DNA of 64,000 nt from positions 8,742,001-8,806,000 of the forward strand of contig JBHGNT010000001.1 of assembly GCA_043228905.1 (NCBI GenBank). Direction: 5' to 3'. Numbering within the stretch: the first letter of the stretch is position 1; each line of letters opens with the position of its first letter. Under the pieces are notes generated by a model. The model saw only the letters and a program-made list of their open reading frames with translations, did no database searches and had not been told where the DNA came from. Positions 1-10,812 of the stretch are shown in pieces. The stretch comes from Azolla caroliniana (Eukaryota; Plantae; Polypodiophyta). Position numbers and translations under genes: made by a program.

Positions 1-3000
1 ATGATGGTGCTGAATGCGCAGAATTACGCCGACTGGAAGATCAAGATGGAGGATCTTCTGATTGTTCGGGACCTGTACGAACCGATTGACAGGTCGGAAA
101 TACCGAAGGGAGTACTTGAGTCGGAGTGGAAGCTCCTGAACCGGAAAGCCGTAGCAACGATCCGACAATATGTCGATGTAAGCGTCCTACAACATGTGGC
201 GAATGACACCAACGCATATGAGATGTGGAAGAAGCTGTCGGGCCTCTACGAGAGGAAGAATGCGATGAACCGGACCTCCCTGATGAGGAAGATTGTGAAT
301 CTCAAGTACCGGGACGGCGAGAGTATGGTGGAACACGTAAGCACGTTCATGGGATTCGTGAACCAGCTTGCGGCGATCAAGTTCCCGCTGGAGGACGCAA
401 TGCAAGCCATCATTTTGATGTGTACATTGCCGGAAAGCTGGGAGAACTTGGTGGTAACTCTCAGCACCTCCTGCACCGAAGATAACTTGTCCTTACAAAC
501 GGTAAAGACAAGTATTTTGAATGAAGAAGCGCGTCGGAGAGATAAAGAACCGGCCTCCGACTCGAAGGCGCTGCTCACCGAATCGGAATGGGGAAGACAT
601 CGGAACCGGAGTCCGCAAAGACGGGAGAAGTCGGGGACCCGGTCGCAGTCAAGAGGAAGGCCCACATGCTTCCACTGTGGGAAGACGGGGCACTTCCGGA
701 AGAATTGTCGGCATTACCGAAAGGACAACGGAGCCGACGACACCGATTCGAAGAAGTCACCGGAGAGAAACGGTGCATACCGGAGAGCGACGGACCGGAG
801 AGGTTCGGATCGGCGAGGGCAGGACCGGAAAGGAACGACGGCACTCGCGGCAAGTGAAGAAGAGATAATGCTCATTACCGAAGAGAGGGAGCTGAACCTT
901 GCCGGCGTAGAGATGACCTGGGTGGTCGATTCCGGAGCGTCGTTCCACCTGACCCCGGAGAAGAAATACTTCTCATCCTACACAGCCGGTGAGCACGGCT
1001 TTGTCCGGATGGGAAATGAAGGTACATGCCGGATTGCCGGCATAGGAGACGTGTGGTTGATGACATCAACCGGATGTAAGATGCTGCTGAAGGATGTTCG
1101 ACACGTTCCGGAGGTTCGATTGAACCTGATTTCGGCTGGGAGGCTAGACGATGAAGGCTACACGGGTAGCATCCGGAACGGTGTCATGAAGTTCAGCAAA
1201 GGGAGCCTGATAGTGGCTCGGGCCCGGAAGGTCAACACCCTGTACCTGATGAATTCCCGGCTCTGTCCGGAGGAGCTGAACGTGGCAGCCGACATTGCCG
1301 GTGAGCTGTGGCACAAGAGACTGTGCCACATGAGTGAGAAGGGGATGAAGAGGCTTGCAGAAGACAACCTTATTCCAGTGAAGCATGTGCACCTGGAGAA
1401 GTGCACCGACTGCCTGGCCGGTAAGCAAAACCGGACCTCCTTCCACTCAAGGCCACCGACGAGACGTAGCGCACCATTGGAGCTGGTGCACACTGATGTG
1501 TGTCAGGTAGAAACGAAGTCACATGGCGGAGCCCAGTACTTCGTGACATTCATTGATGACGACAGCCGGAAGCTGTGGACGGCACCGTTGAAGACAAAGG
1601 ACCAAGTGTTGTCCGTCTTCAAAGAACTCCACGCGAGAGTGGAAAGGGAATCCGGCAAGAAGCTGAAAGCGATACGAGCGGATAACGGAGGGGAATACCG
1701 GGGGCAGTTCCAGGAGTACTGTCGCTCGAAGGGAATCCGGCTCGAGTTTACTGTGCCGAAGACGCCGGAACTGAACGGGCTGGCCGAGAGGATGAACCGG
1801 ACCATAATGGAGAGGGTCCGGAGTATGCTGGCGCATGCGAAATTACCCAAGGGGTTTTGGGCTGAGGCGATGTCGACGGCGACATACGTGATAAACAGAT
1901 CACCCTCAGTACCTTTGGACGGAGACACGCCGCAGAGAGTGTGGACCGGTAGGGAAGTATCCTACCGGCATCTGAAGGTGTTCGGGTGTCTCGCATACGT
2001 GCATGTGGCAAAGGACCGGAGAGGAAAGCTAGATCCAAAGACCCGGCCATGCATATTCCTCGGTTACGGTGACGACGAGTTCGGCTACCGAGTATGGGAC
2101 CCGGTCGACAAGAAGATATTCAGGAGTCGAGACATCATCTTCATGGAGGACAAGACACTCGCCGACTGGGAGTCGGAGAAGAAGATGAAGAGCTCAAAGT
2201 CGACCGGTGAGGATCAACTCTACGAGGAGCAGTCCCGACCGGCAAGGGACCGGTTAGCACTCGAGGATCCGGCCGAAGACGGTGAAGAAACAGAACCGGC
2301 CGAAGAAGATGAAAATGATACCGGAACCGGCCCCGATCCCGAAATGGATTCGGATGAAGAAGAAGAATCGGAAGAACCGGTTACCGAAGCTCCCGAACGG
2401 AGATATCCTCTAAGAGAGAGAAGGGCCCCTCGGAGATTTCCGGAACCAGAGCACGTGCTGCTAACCGACGAGGGGGAGCCGGAGAGCTTTGAAGAAGCAA
2501 AGCACGACACCCAGAGCCGCAAGTGGTTGAGTGCCATGCAGGACGAGATGGATTCCCTGCATGAGAACCACACATATGAACTTATGGAGTTGCCGAAAGG
2601 AAAGCGGGCACTTCGAAACAAGTGGGTGTTCAAGCTGAAACCGGGAGATGCCGGAAACCCCCCGAGATACAAAGCCAGGATCGTGGTGAAGGGGTTTCAG
2701 CAGAAGAAGGGCGTCGACTTCGACGAGATATTTGCCCCGGTAGTGAAGATGACCTCCATCCGGACGGTGCTGAGCATAGCGGCAAGTATGGACCTCGAGG
2801 TAGAATAGATGGACGTGAAGACGGCATTCCTTCACGGTGACCTCGAAGAAGAGATCTACATGCAGCAACCGGAAGGATTCGAGAAGAAAGGGAAGGAGCA
2901 CCTGGTATGCCGGTTGAAGAAGAGCCTTTACGGACTGAGGCAGGCTCCCCGGCAATGGTACCGGAAGTTCGACTCCTTCATGACCGACGAAGGGTACCAC

Positions 3001-4047
3001 AAAACGCAGTCTGATCACTGTGTGTTTGTGAAGAAGTTCGAAGGAGGAGACTCTCTAATACTCCTCCTGTACGTGGACGACATGTTGATCGTCGGACGGG
3101 ACCAGGTCAAGATACGGATGCTGAAGAAGGCTCTTCACCGAACCTTCTCAATGAAGGACTTGGGTCCGGCGAGACAAATACTAGGGATGCACATCATCCG
3201 GGACCGGAGCAAGAAGCAGTTGTGGCTATCACAGGAGAAGTACGTGACAAAGGTGCTTCAACGGTTCAACATGTCGGAAGCAAGACCGGTCGGATCAACC
3301 CTCCCGGCAAACTGCAAGCTGTCCAGCAAGCAAAGCCCCAGGACAAAGGCTGAGAAAGAGGACATGATGAAAGTACCATATGCCTCTGCTGTCGGAAGCT
3401 TGATGTACGCAATGGTGTGTACAAGACCAGACATTGGATACGCAGTCGGAGTGGTGAGCCGGTACATGAGCAATCCCGGCAAAGAGCATTGGAACGCGGT
3501 CAAGTGGATACTCCGATACCTGAAGGGCACGGCAAACGTGTGCCTCCGATTCGGCTCCGGTAAGCCCGAACTCGACGGCTTCACCGATTCGGATATGTCG
3601 GCTGATGCAGATACCAGCCGGTCCACATCAGGGTATGTGATGACCTATGCAGGGGGAGCCGTTTCGTGGCAGTCGAGGCTGCAGAAGACGGTTGCGTTGT
3701 CAACCACGGAGGCGGAGTACATGGCAGCTGTTGAAGCCGGCAAGGAAATAATATGGATGAAGGACTTCATTAGAGAGCTCGGTATCCAGCAGGAGGAGTA
3801 CCGACTCTACTGCGACAGTCAGAGTGCCATCCACCTTGCGAAGAACGCGGCTTATCACTCCCGGACGAAGCACATCCAGCGAAGATATCACTGGATCCGG
3901 GAAAGGATAGAAGACAAGGAGTTCGAGCTGACGAAGGTCCACACGGACGAGAACGGGTCGGATATGCTGACCAAGGTGCTCACACCCGACAAGCTGGAAG
4001 CATGCCGGAAGAGGATCGGACTGGAGAGACATCCCATGCCGAAGTGA
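1..4047 (+). pseudogene. copia gag-pol polyprotein with one nonsense codon (TAG 2806-2808); N-terminus upstream of window
   Basis: CCHC knuckle CFHCGKTGHFRKNC, PR WVVDSGAS, INT LWHKRLCH/VHTDVC/NGLAER, RT YVDDML, RH TEAEY/CDSQSAI. The sister copy has CAG (GAACAGATG, ~16811) where this copy has TAG. Confidence 0.95.
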
Positions 4048-4057
4048 AGGGGGAGTT

Positions 4058-4758
4058 TGTTGGGATTTCGGTCCCTCCGGATGGGATGTCCGGAGATGAA
4101 TGACGGCAAGCCCGGTTGCAGTTACGGAGCCGGATGATGAAGACCCCGGTTATGGAACCGGATGATGAAGACCCCGGTTATGGAACCGGATGATGAAGAC
4201 CCCGGTTATGGAACCGGATGATGAAGACCCTGGTTACGGAGCCGGATGATGAAGACCCCGGTTACGGAGCCGGATGATGAAGACCCCGGTTACGGAACCG
4301 GATGATGAATGTACCCGGAGAGAGATCCGGATGCGGAGACATATTTGTGAATATGTTTGCCAAGAGCCCTTGAGGCTATATTTGTAAATAGCCCGAAAGT
4401 CATATGTGTATAAATATGACTTAGGGCAAACAGTTTTTGTAGTTGCTCATTTTTCATGAGAAGTGAGAGCAGCCGAGAGAGAGAGAGTGAGAGACGAAGA
4501 GGTCGTTGCCTCTGTGTATTACCGCCGCCTGTGGCGAAGACAGTGAGCTCAAGGTTGCTGCCTTGTAGCTTCACCAGTGTACATCCCTGTTCATAGTGAT
4601 AGTTGGAGTTTGAGGACTCCCGTGGTTTTTCCCATTTAGGGTTTTCCACGTAAAACATCCAGTGTACCTTTCTCTCTATTGTTTTGTGCATTTTCTATTT
4701 CCTGTTTTCTGTGAGTTGATCCCATTCCTCGGTTGTGGCCGAGCACTGTTTTCCAACA
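4058..4758 (+). repeat. 3' LTR of copia-1 (701 bp) with a 28-bp tandem array (~4123-4306) in U3
   Basis: TG...CA termini; homologous to the LTRs at 13231 and 18065; unit GGATGATGAAGACCCCGGTTAYGGARCC; TATAAATA at 4409. Confidence 0.95.
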
Positions 4759-5851
4759 ATCGGACATTGTGGAGTACAAGTGTAGAGCCACCTGCAAGGT
4801 TGAGCTCTACTGTGCCGATTCCGATGATGTCACAGTGTTGTGAGTTGCCGACTCGAACTGAGTCGGAGTGACGGATCGTATATTGCCGAAATTGGGATCG
4901 ATGAGGAGTCACGTGAAATGACGCGCCCGAATCTAAGAGCCATGTGCTCGACTCTTCAGTCGTGAGTAGGACTTCTGATCCGACTGGATTTTCGATTGAT
5001 AGTATATTCGGGTCGTCTGGTAGCACATCAGCTGAGAAGCTGACGTAATTGATCTCCTCATGCCGGCCACTCTTCTTGTTGTTCTTGTTCTTGAGTGCGC
5101 GGCAGTCGGCTTTGATGTGTCCGGGTTTCTTGCAATAGTTGCAGATTCGGTTATCCCGTGACTGGCTCCGTCTTCGCGGATTGTTCGGCGGCCGTGAGGA
5201 ATCTCTTCCTCGTATGTTCGATCGGTCTGTCGAACCTTGTACTACATAAGCGTCGTCTGTTGAGTCTTTGGCGAAAGACTTTCTCCGAGCTGCTTCGGTC
5301 AGGATTGCGCTCGTGACTTCGGAGTATTTAACAGCCGTGGTTGACGCGTTGCACACGGTTGTGACGAAAGTTTCCCATGATGAGGGAAGGCTACTCATGA
5401 GTATCATTGCTCTGAGTTCATCCTCGATTGCCGTCCCCTGTGACGAGATTTGGGAGCTTATGCTTTCGTACTCATTGAGGTGTGCTTGAACCGAGTCGGA
5501 TTCTTTCATCCGCAAGTTGTAGAGGCGCCGGATCAGAAACATCTTTGTTGCGGCGACCTTCTTTTCGTAAGTGTCCGACAATGTTTTCCACAGTTCGAAT
5601 GCTGTCGTACACGATTGCACCGTAAAGTATACCGATTCCGATAGGTGCATCCGAATCGTGGCGCGGACGATTCTGTCCAGCTTCTGCCACTCAATTGGTT
5701 TGTATCCTTCTGGAGGTTCTTCATTTTCGATGGGATCGATTTGCCCCTTGACTATGAGATAGTCCTGCATTTGTTCCTTCCAGAAGTTGAAGTTCGATCC
5801 ATCGAACTTGCGTAGACTCATTTCTGACGAGCCGGATGTTGATGCCATCAA
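4759..5851 (-). CDS. copia gag + protease (partial, broken by insertion)
   Basis: KFDGSNFNFWKEQMQDYL, LPSSWETFV, CNYCKKPGHIKADC, WLLDSGASFH. Confidence 0.92.
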
Positions 5852-6523
5852 ATTTGGTTTCGGTTGACGGAGCTCGGTTCGGAGTTGACTACGAACCTTG
5901 TTGGAGTGCAGCCGGTTGGCTCACCCGATATCGTTCTAGTCGGATTTGAACCCGAGTCGGTTCGGCTTCGGAACTTGCTCGAATTGACTTCGGTAGCTTG
6001 AGGGACAGAACCGACTGGTCTTCCCGAATGTTGCCGAGTCGGAGTGAGCCCGGTTCGTTTCGGATATATATGCCGAATACCGATTATTGAAACCGATTAT
6101 CTGGACCGATTCTGCTTCGGTTGACTACAGCAACGAGAGAGACGGATCCAACTGATCCTCCCGAATGTCGATCAGCCAGATGAAGCACGAATTTGGGGTT
6201 GTTGTCTTAAGACCGATCTGCACCGAGTGGTTACAATGAGCGGCGTTTGATTACCTCTTCGGATGCCGTTTAACCGGGTGGAGCACGATCGTGTCAATGT
6301 TGCACAAGGGGATTTCACCTCGAGCGGTTACGATCACAAGGGACAGAGTACAACCTGCTGGCTTACTCCAAGCGAAGATGATCTAACGCGATGAGATGCA
6401 AGCCTCGTTTCTCTTCTTCTTCTCTCTTCTTCGAATGACGCAGGAAACCGAATGCTGTGCAGGCTGAGACGACGGCCGACAGCAGATTGAAGGACCGACT
6501 ACTGTGCAAGCTCTGATACCAGA

Positions 6524-6609
6524 TGTTGGAGACGAGGTCGTCTATGCGGAAGATCAAGAAGCATTCGATTGGTGTTTGAATACCTGCGTATGCCAGTTTC
6601 TAGGTCGTT

Positions 6610-6643
<34 letters not shown>

Positions 6644-6813
6644 ACAAAAGACTTTCTATTCAATAGAAACAATAATACAACACCCAACCTTACAAGAAGG
6701 TTACAAGGTCACTATATATAGTGACCGACTTAGGGCAACTACCATTTATGCTAATTACACAAATGGCCCGAAGGGATAGTGTGAGTACGTCCATTATACA
6801 CTTGTATTCGACA
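6524..6813 (-). repeat. 5' LTR of copia-2 (290 bp)
   Basis: TG...CA termini on the minus strand, 2 nt from the PBS; (GA)n at 6615-6640; palindrome containing TATATATA at 6707-6726. Confidence 0.88.
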
Positions 6814-8324
6814 GGAAGAGCCGGGGACAACACGACTTCGACCAGTGGGTAGCATCGGCAAAGACCCACCGGGGCGCGACGAAGGCGTTCCGGGAGTTCG
6901 AGCGACGGCTTGCTCGGCTCCCAGAGCGGGAACAAGGTTTGGCGGGGGCGGACAAGGTCCTATTGTTCGTCCGGTCGATCGACCGAGCGGAACGGGAGGC
7001 CATCGGGATTGAGCTCGAAGACGATGATGGAGCGAATGGGCTTACGGAGGACTGGTTGAAGGTCGGGAGGGTGTGCCAAAGGCTAGATGATGAGCAAACC
7101 GGGAAGGCTAAGAGGAAGGGACGTGACGGCGTGCCATCACAGCGGGAAGAGGCCGAACGGCAAAGAGAGTCAGCAAGGGTCGGCGTTGGGGCCAGGATTG
7201 CGGAGGCGTACGCAGCTCTCAAAGCGATGCTCGAGGAAGAGGGAAGATCGAGGCTGGAAGCCGAGACCGAGGAGAGGGACTTGCCCCACGCGACGGCGGA
7301 GGATCTGTACGACGGTACCACGGGAGAGGGTGCGGAACGAAACGCCCTCTCGACTTGTAGAGATAGAACGGCCAAGGACGAGGCCGAGATACCGATCGTG
7401 GAATCGAAACGTTGGGACCAGTGGTTTCGGGCGTGTCAGCCCGAGATCCCGGTCATTGGGGAAGCAAGCCTAGACGGGGCTTGCGCGATCGGTAAGAAGA
7501 CGACCGCCGACCACGGAGAGCTGGTGGCTACGGACAGGGGCGTAAAACGGACAGGCGATTCTTTGTGTCTTCCCACACTTACTCCCGAGACGATGGCAGT
7601 CGGGCCTGAGTGCCCACGTGAGTCCCAAGCGGAGGAAGGTGGCGGCGAAAGGCCAAGAATCATCGGCGAGACAATACGGGGAAGGAGCGGACAAAAGCCC
7701 ACGGACCCAATTCCGAAGAACTCGGCATTCGGGCCCATATGCCCATATAAGACCGAGGAGATGGATGGCGGTACCGAGGAGTCCTGGCACGATGCCAGCG
7801 AAGACGGATGGGAGACTGCCTGCGAGAAGGCCGAGGACGGACATGGCATGTGGAGATCGGCATTCCGATATGGGTGGAGCGTGATCCGGTCGTGGGCCGT
7901 TCGATCGAGGCCGGACTCGGCATAAAGGTGCCGATACGGGAGGGGGTGCGGGACGAGCCGCCCTCTTTTACATGGGGAGAAAGACCGACCGGGCGAAGGT
8001 CGAGATTTGGGAAGAGAATGAAAGCCGGTTCTACCGGATTCCTTACACCGATCCGGCTGCAGGCCCGAGTGCTGGCGTGAGTCCTATAAGGGAGATCGGT
8101 GGCGACAGGAGAACGGGACTCGGTAATCCGGAGAAGGACGAACGGACCCGGACGAGAACCGGGCGGAGCGGACTCCCGGATGACCATTCCGAGAGGGAGG
8201 AAGAGAGCAGGCCTATGAAGAGGCCGAGGACACGGTACGTCGGTACCACGGGAGAGGGTGCGGAGTAAACCGCCCTCTCGGCATGCGGAAAAGGACGACC
8301 CAGGACAGGGTCGGAAGCCAAAAC

Positions 8325-8684
8325 GGCGGTCTACGGAGGATCCTTCACACCGGTTCTAGAGACTTCGGCAGTTGGCAATGCGGTCGACGTAAGACTAAGA
8401 TACTGACGGTGGCGGCGAGGTGACGAAGGCAAGGGCTACGGAAGGGCGGTCTACGGAGGATCCTTCACACCGGTTCTAGAGACTTTGGCAGTTGGCAACG
8501 CGGTCGACGTAAGACCAAGATACTGACGGTGGCGGCGAGGTGACGAAGGCAAGGGCTACGGAAGGGCGGTCTACGGAGGATCCTTCACACCGATTCTAGA
8601 GACTTCGGCAGTCGGCAACGCGGTCGACGTAAGACCAAGATACTGACGGTGGCGGCGAGGTGACGAAGGCTATGGGCGTAAGGA
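8325..8684 (+). repeat. 120-bp tandem repeat x3 (more diverged related units continue to ~9000 and beyond)
   Basis: GGCGGTCTACGGAGGATCCTTCACACC recurs at 120-bp spacing. Confidence 0.93.
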
Positions 8685-10055
8685 AGTCCGGTCCTACGGG
8701 ATCCCCACAATTAACCAAAGACTCCGGCTGTTCTGCCAATGTGGCAACGTAAGACCGAGGGAGAAGGAAGGTGGCGGCGGGAAACGGGACCCGACTACGT
8801 GGAAGACACAAGGAGAGTCTGGGAGGGACTCAAACAAAAGCCACCCGAATTTCGGCAAGCATAAGAATGGAGTCCGGTCCTATGGGACCCTCACACCGAT
8901 CCGGAGACTCCGGCAGTTCGGCCAACGTGGCAACGTGAGACCGAGGGAGAAGGACGGTGGCGGCAGGGAACGGGACCCGACGAGCCAAGGATTCGGAAGG
9001 AGCCAGTAGGAGCAAACACGGGGAGGTGTGTCAGGCCGGAAAGGCACACCTGGAACAGAACAAGAGTCTCGCAAATGGCCATAGCGGGCCGTATCGAAGC
9101 GTGACTACGGGATGACGTTCGGCGCGGGCGGGGCCGAACGAGGGAAGCGAAGGACGGCACAAGAGAGGTGCCAGGAACGAGGTGACAAGTGCTTAGTGGA
9201 CTGCACAGGGTCGGAGTCAGGGGATGGCAACAGAGGCCGGAGGAGGATCCTCCACACTCGCTTCGTAGATCTCGGTAGCTCCGTCGAAGTAGCGAAGACT
9301 GACACGGCAGGCCGGGGTGACAAGCTGGTGGGGGCGAGGGGACGACGGCAAGCAGAAGACTCAGGACCTGTTGCAGCAGCACGAAGACGGGAGGGCCAAG
9401 CGGGCTACTACGGGGTGTTCCTCGGATGCAAAGGACACCGGTATGCGGGTGAGCGGCGATGCACGATTTGGCCGGAAAGGGGGCCGACAAGGCGTGCAAT
9501 GAACCAGAGTACGGCACAGGCGGTGCCAAACAACGGACAAGGGTATGTGGCACGCGGAGGTGCCGGAGCGGGAAGGCGAGCGCGGAGAAGGCCGGAAAGG
9601 GTTTCCCCACACCGTTCCGGAGACCATGGCGGTTCGAGCCGACGTGGCGATGTAAGACCATGGAGAAGGAAGGTGGCAGCGAGAGAACGAGGGCAACGCG
9701 AAACAACATGGGACGACAACCAGGACATCACGAATGATCAACCGAGGCCAAGCGGGCCGCTATGGGCGTTCCTCAAACGGAGGGCATTGGGCATACGACG
9801 GGAAGCAGGGCGTTCATACGGCCGAACAAGGGCCCACGGAAGTACACGTACTATGGAGACCGCGGTAGAGGACTCATCGACGGGTCGAACAAGCCTACGG
9901 GGAGGCCCGCGCGAAGGAAGAATCGAAGCCGACGGATCAAACCGGTAGCGAGCTGAGATGCGGATCACGGAGGACCGGTTTCTCACCGGCCGAAATCTCT
10001 CACCCTTGAACCAGATTGGCACGTACCGGTGGACGTGTAGTTAGGTGGGGGCGGA

Positions 10056-10812
10056 TGTCGTGAAGAATTTCGGCCAGAGGCGAAAACCGGGAAACATTGG
10101 CTACATCGGCGGGGTGTAGCGTGTGTACGCACCCATGTACATTTAGTGTGAATATCGAGGGCGCCTTTATGGCGCTGAAGAGTAGTCAAGTCGGGACAAA
10201 CGATCCCATGAAAGTCGGGATTTGTCCCACATTGTAACGCATCCCTCTCCTTGTTCTATAAAAGGAAGGGATCGCCCTTTGTGGAGGGGTTGCCCATTTT
10301 GCATTAGAGGGTATACCGTTAGGTTTAGAGTTAGGTTCTTCTTCTTCTCCTTCTGCGTGTTTGCTTAGGGTTTGCTTTGGTTCGGCCTCCTGTGCAAGAC
10401 CCCGCTCGGCGCGACGAGCTGAGAGCTCCCCGACGGCGGCTTGACAGCAGACGACTACTGTAACCTACCTCAGTCCGGCTCGAAGCCGGGAATGTATTCT
10501 TCTTTATATATATACATACATATACGTTTGCGTCCGTCTGTGTGTATTCGCGTCTTCGTTGGTGTCGAGTGTTTCCCCTTTTTCCTGCGTTTTCTGTACA
10601 TAAGGGCGTGAGTCGGGTCGGGCTGTGTGTGTGTGTGTGTGTGTGCGAGTCAGTGTTAATCTCTCTCTCTCTCTCTCTCCCTTCGGTTGCTTCCGGTGTG
10701 CTTCTGGGATGCCCCGGAGACGGCGAGGCACGACTTCCTACGCTCCATCTCTCCCTAGTCCAAGACCCCCGTGGTCCCGCCTTTCTCCATGCACGCGCGT
10801 AACAACGCGACA
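10056..10812 (+). repeat. Family-G 3' LTR (757 bp)
   Basis: TGTCGTGAAG...CGCGACA; TATAAAA ~10257; (GT)n and (CT)n tracts; followed by ACGT. Confidence 0.93.

Larger units (their letters stand above)
1..4758 (+). mobile_element. Ty1/copia LTR retrotransposon (copia-1, Tnt1/Tto1-related), 5' end outside window
   Basis: gag-PR-INT-RT-RH order; PPT GAAGGGGGAG before the TG at 4058; 3' LTR ends CCAACA at 4758; interrupts the protease region of copia-2. Confidence 0.97.
4759..6813 (-). mobile_element. Ty1/copia element copia-2 (5' LTR, PBS, long leader, gag-PR), interrupted by copia-1
   Basis: 5' LTR 6524-6813; PBS TGGTATCAGAGC on the minus strand at 6510-6521; gag ORF starts at 5851. Confidence 0.92.
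6814..10812 (+). mobile_element. Non-autonomous family-G gypsy derivative (divergent gag, repeat region, PPT, 3' LTR; no pol); 5' part outside window
   Basis: GADKVLLFVRSID...GLTEDW resembles family-G gag TSRVLLFVKSVD...GLKADW; PPT TTAGGTGGGGGCGGA at 10041-10055 is identical to autonomous copies; no PR/RT/INT motifs seen. Confidence 0.85.

Noticed and set aside
2806-2808. Programmed stop-codon readthrough in copia RT
   Set aside because: The sister copy has CAG; this is a simple C>T inside a conserved RT motif
4123-4306. CRISPR-like array (also 8325-8684)
   Set aside because: Head-to-tail repeats with no unique spacers and no cas genes, inside eukaryotic LTR elements
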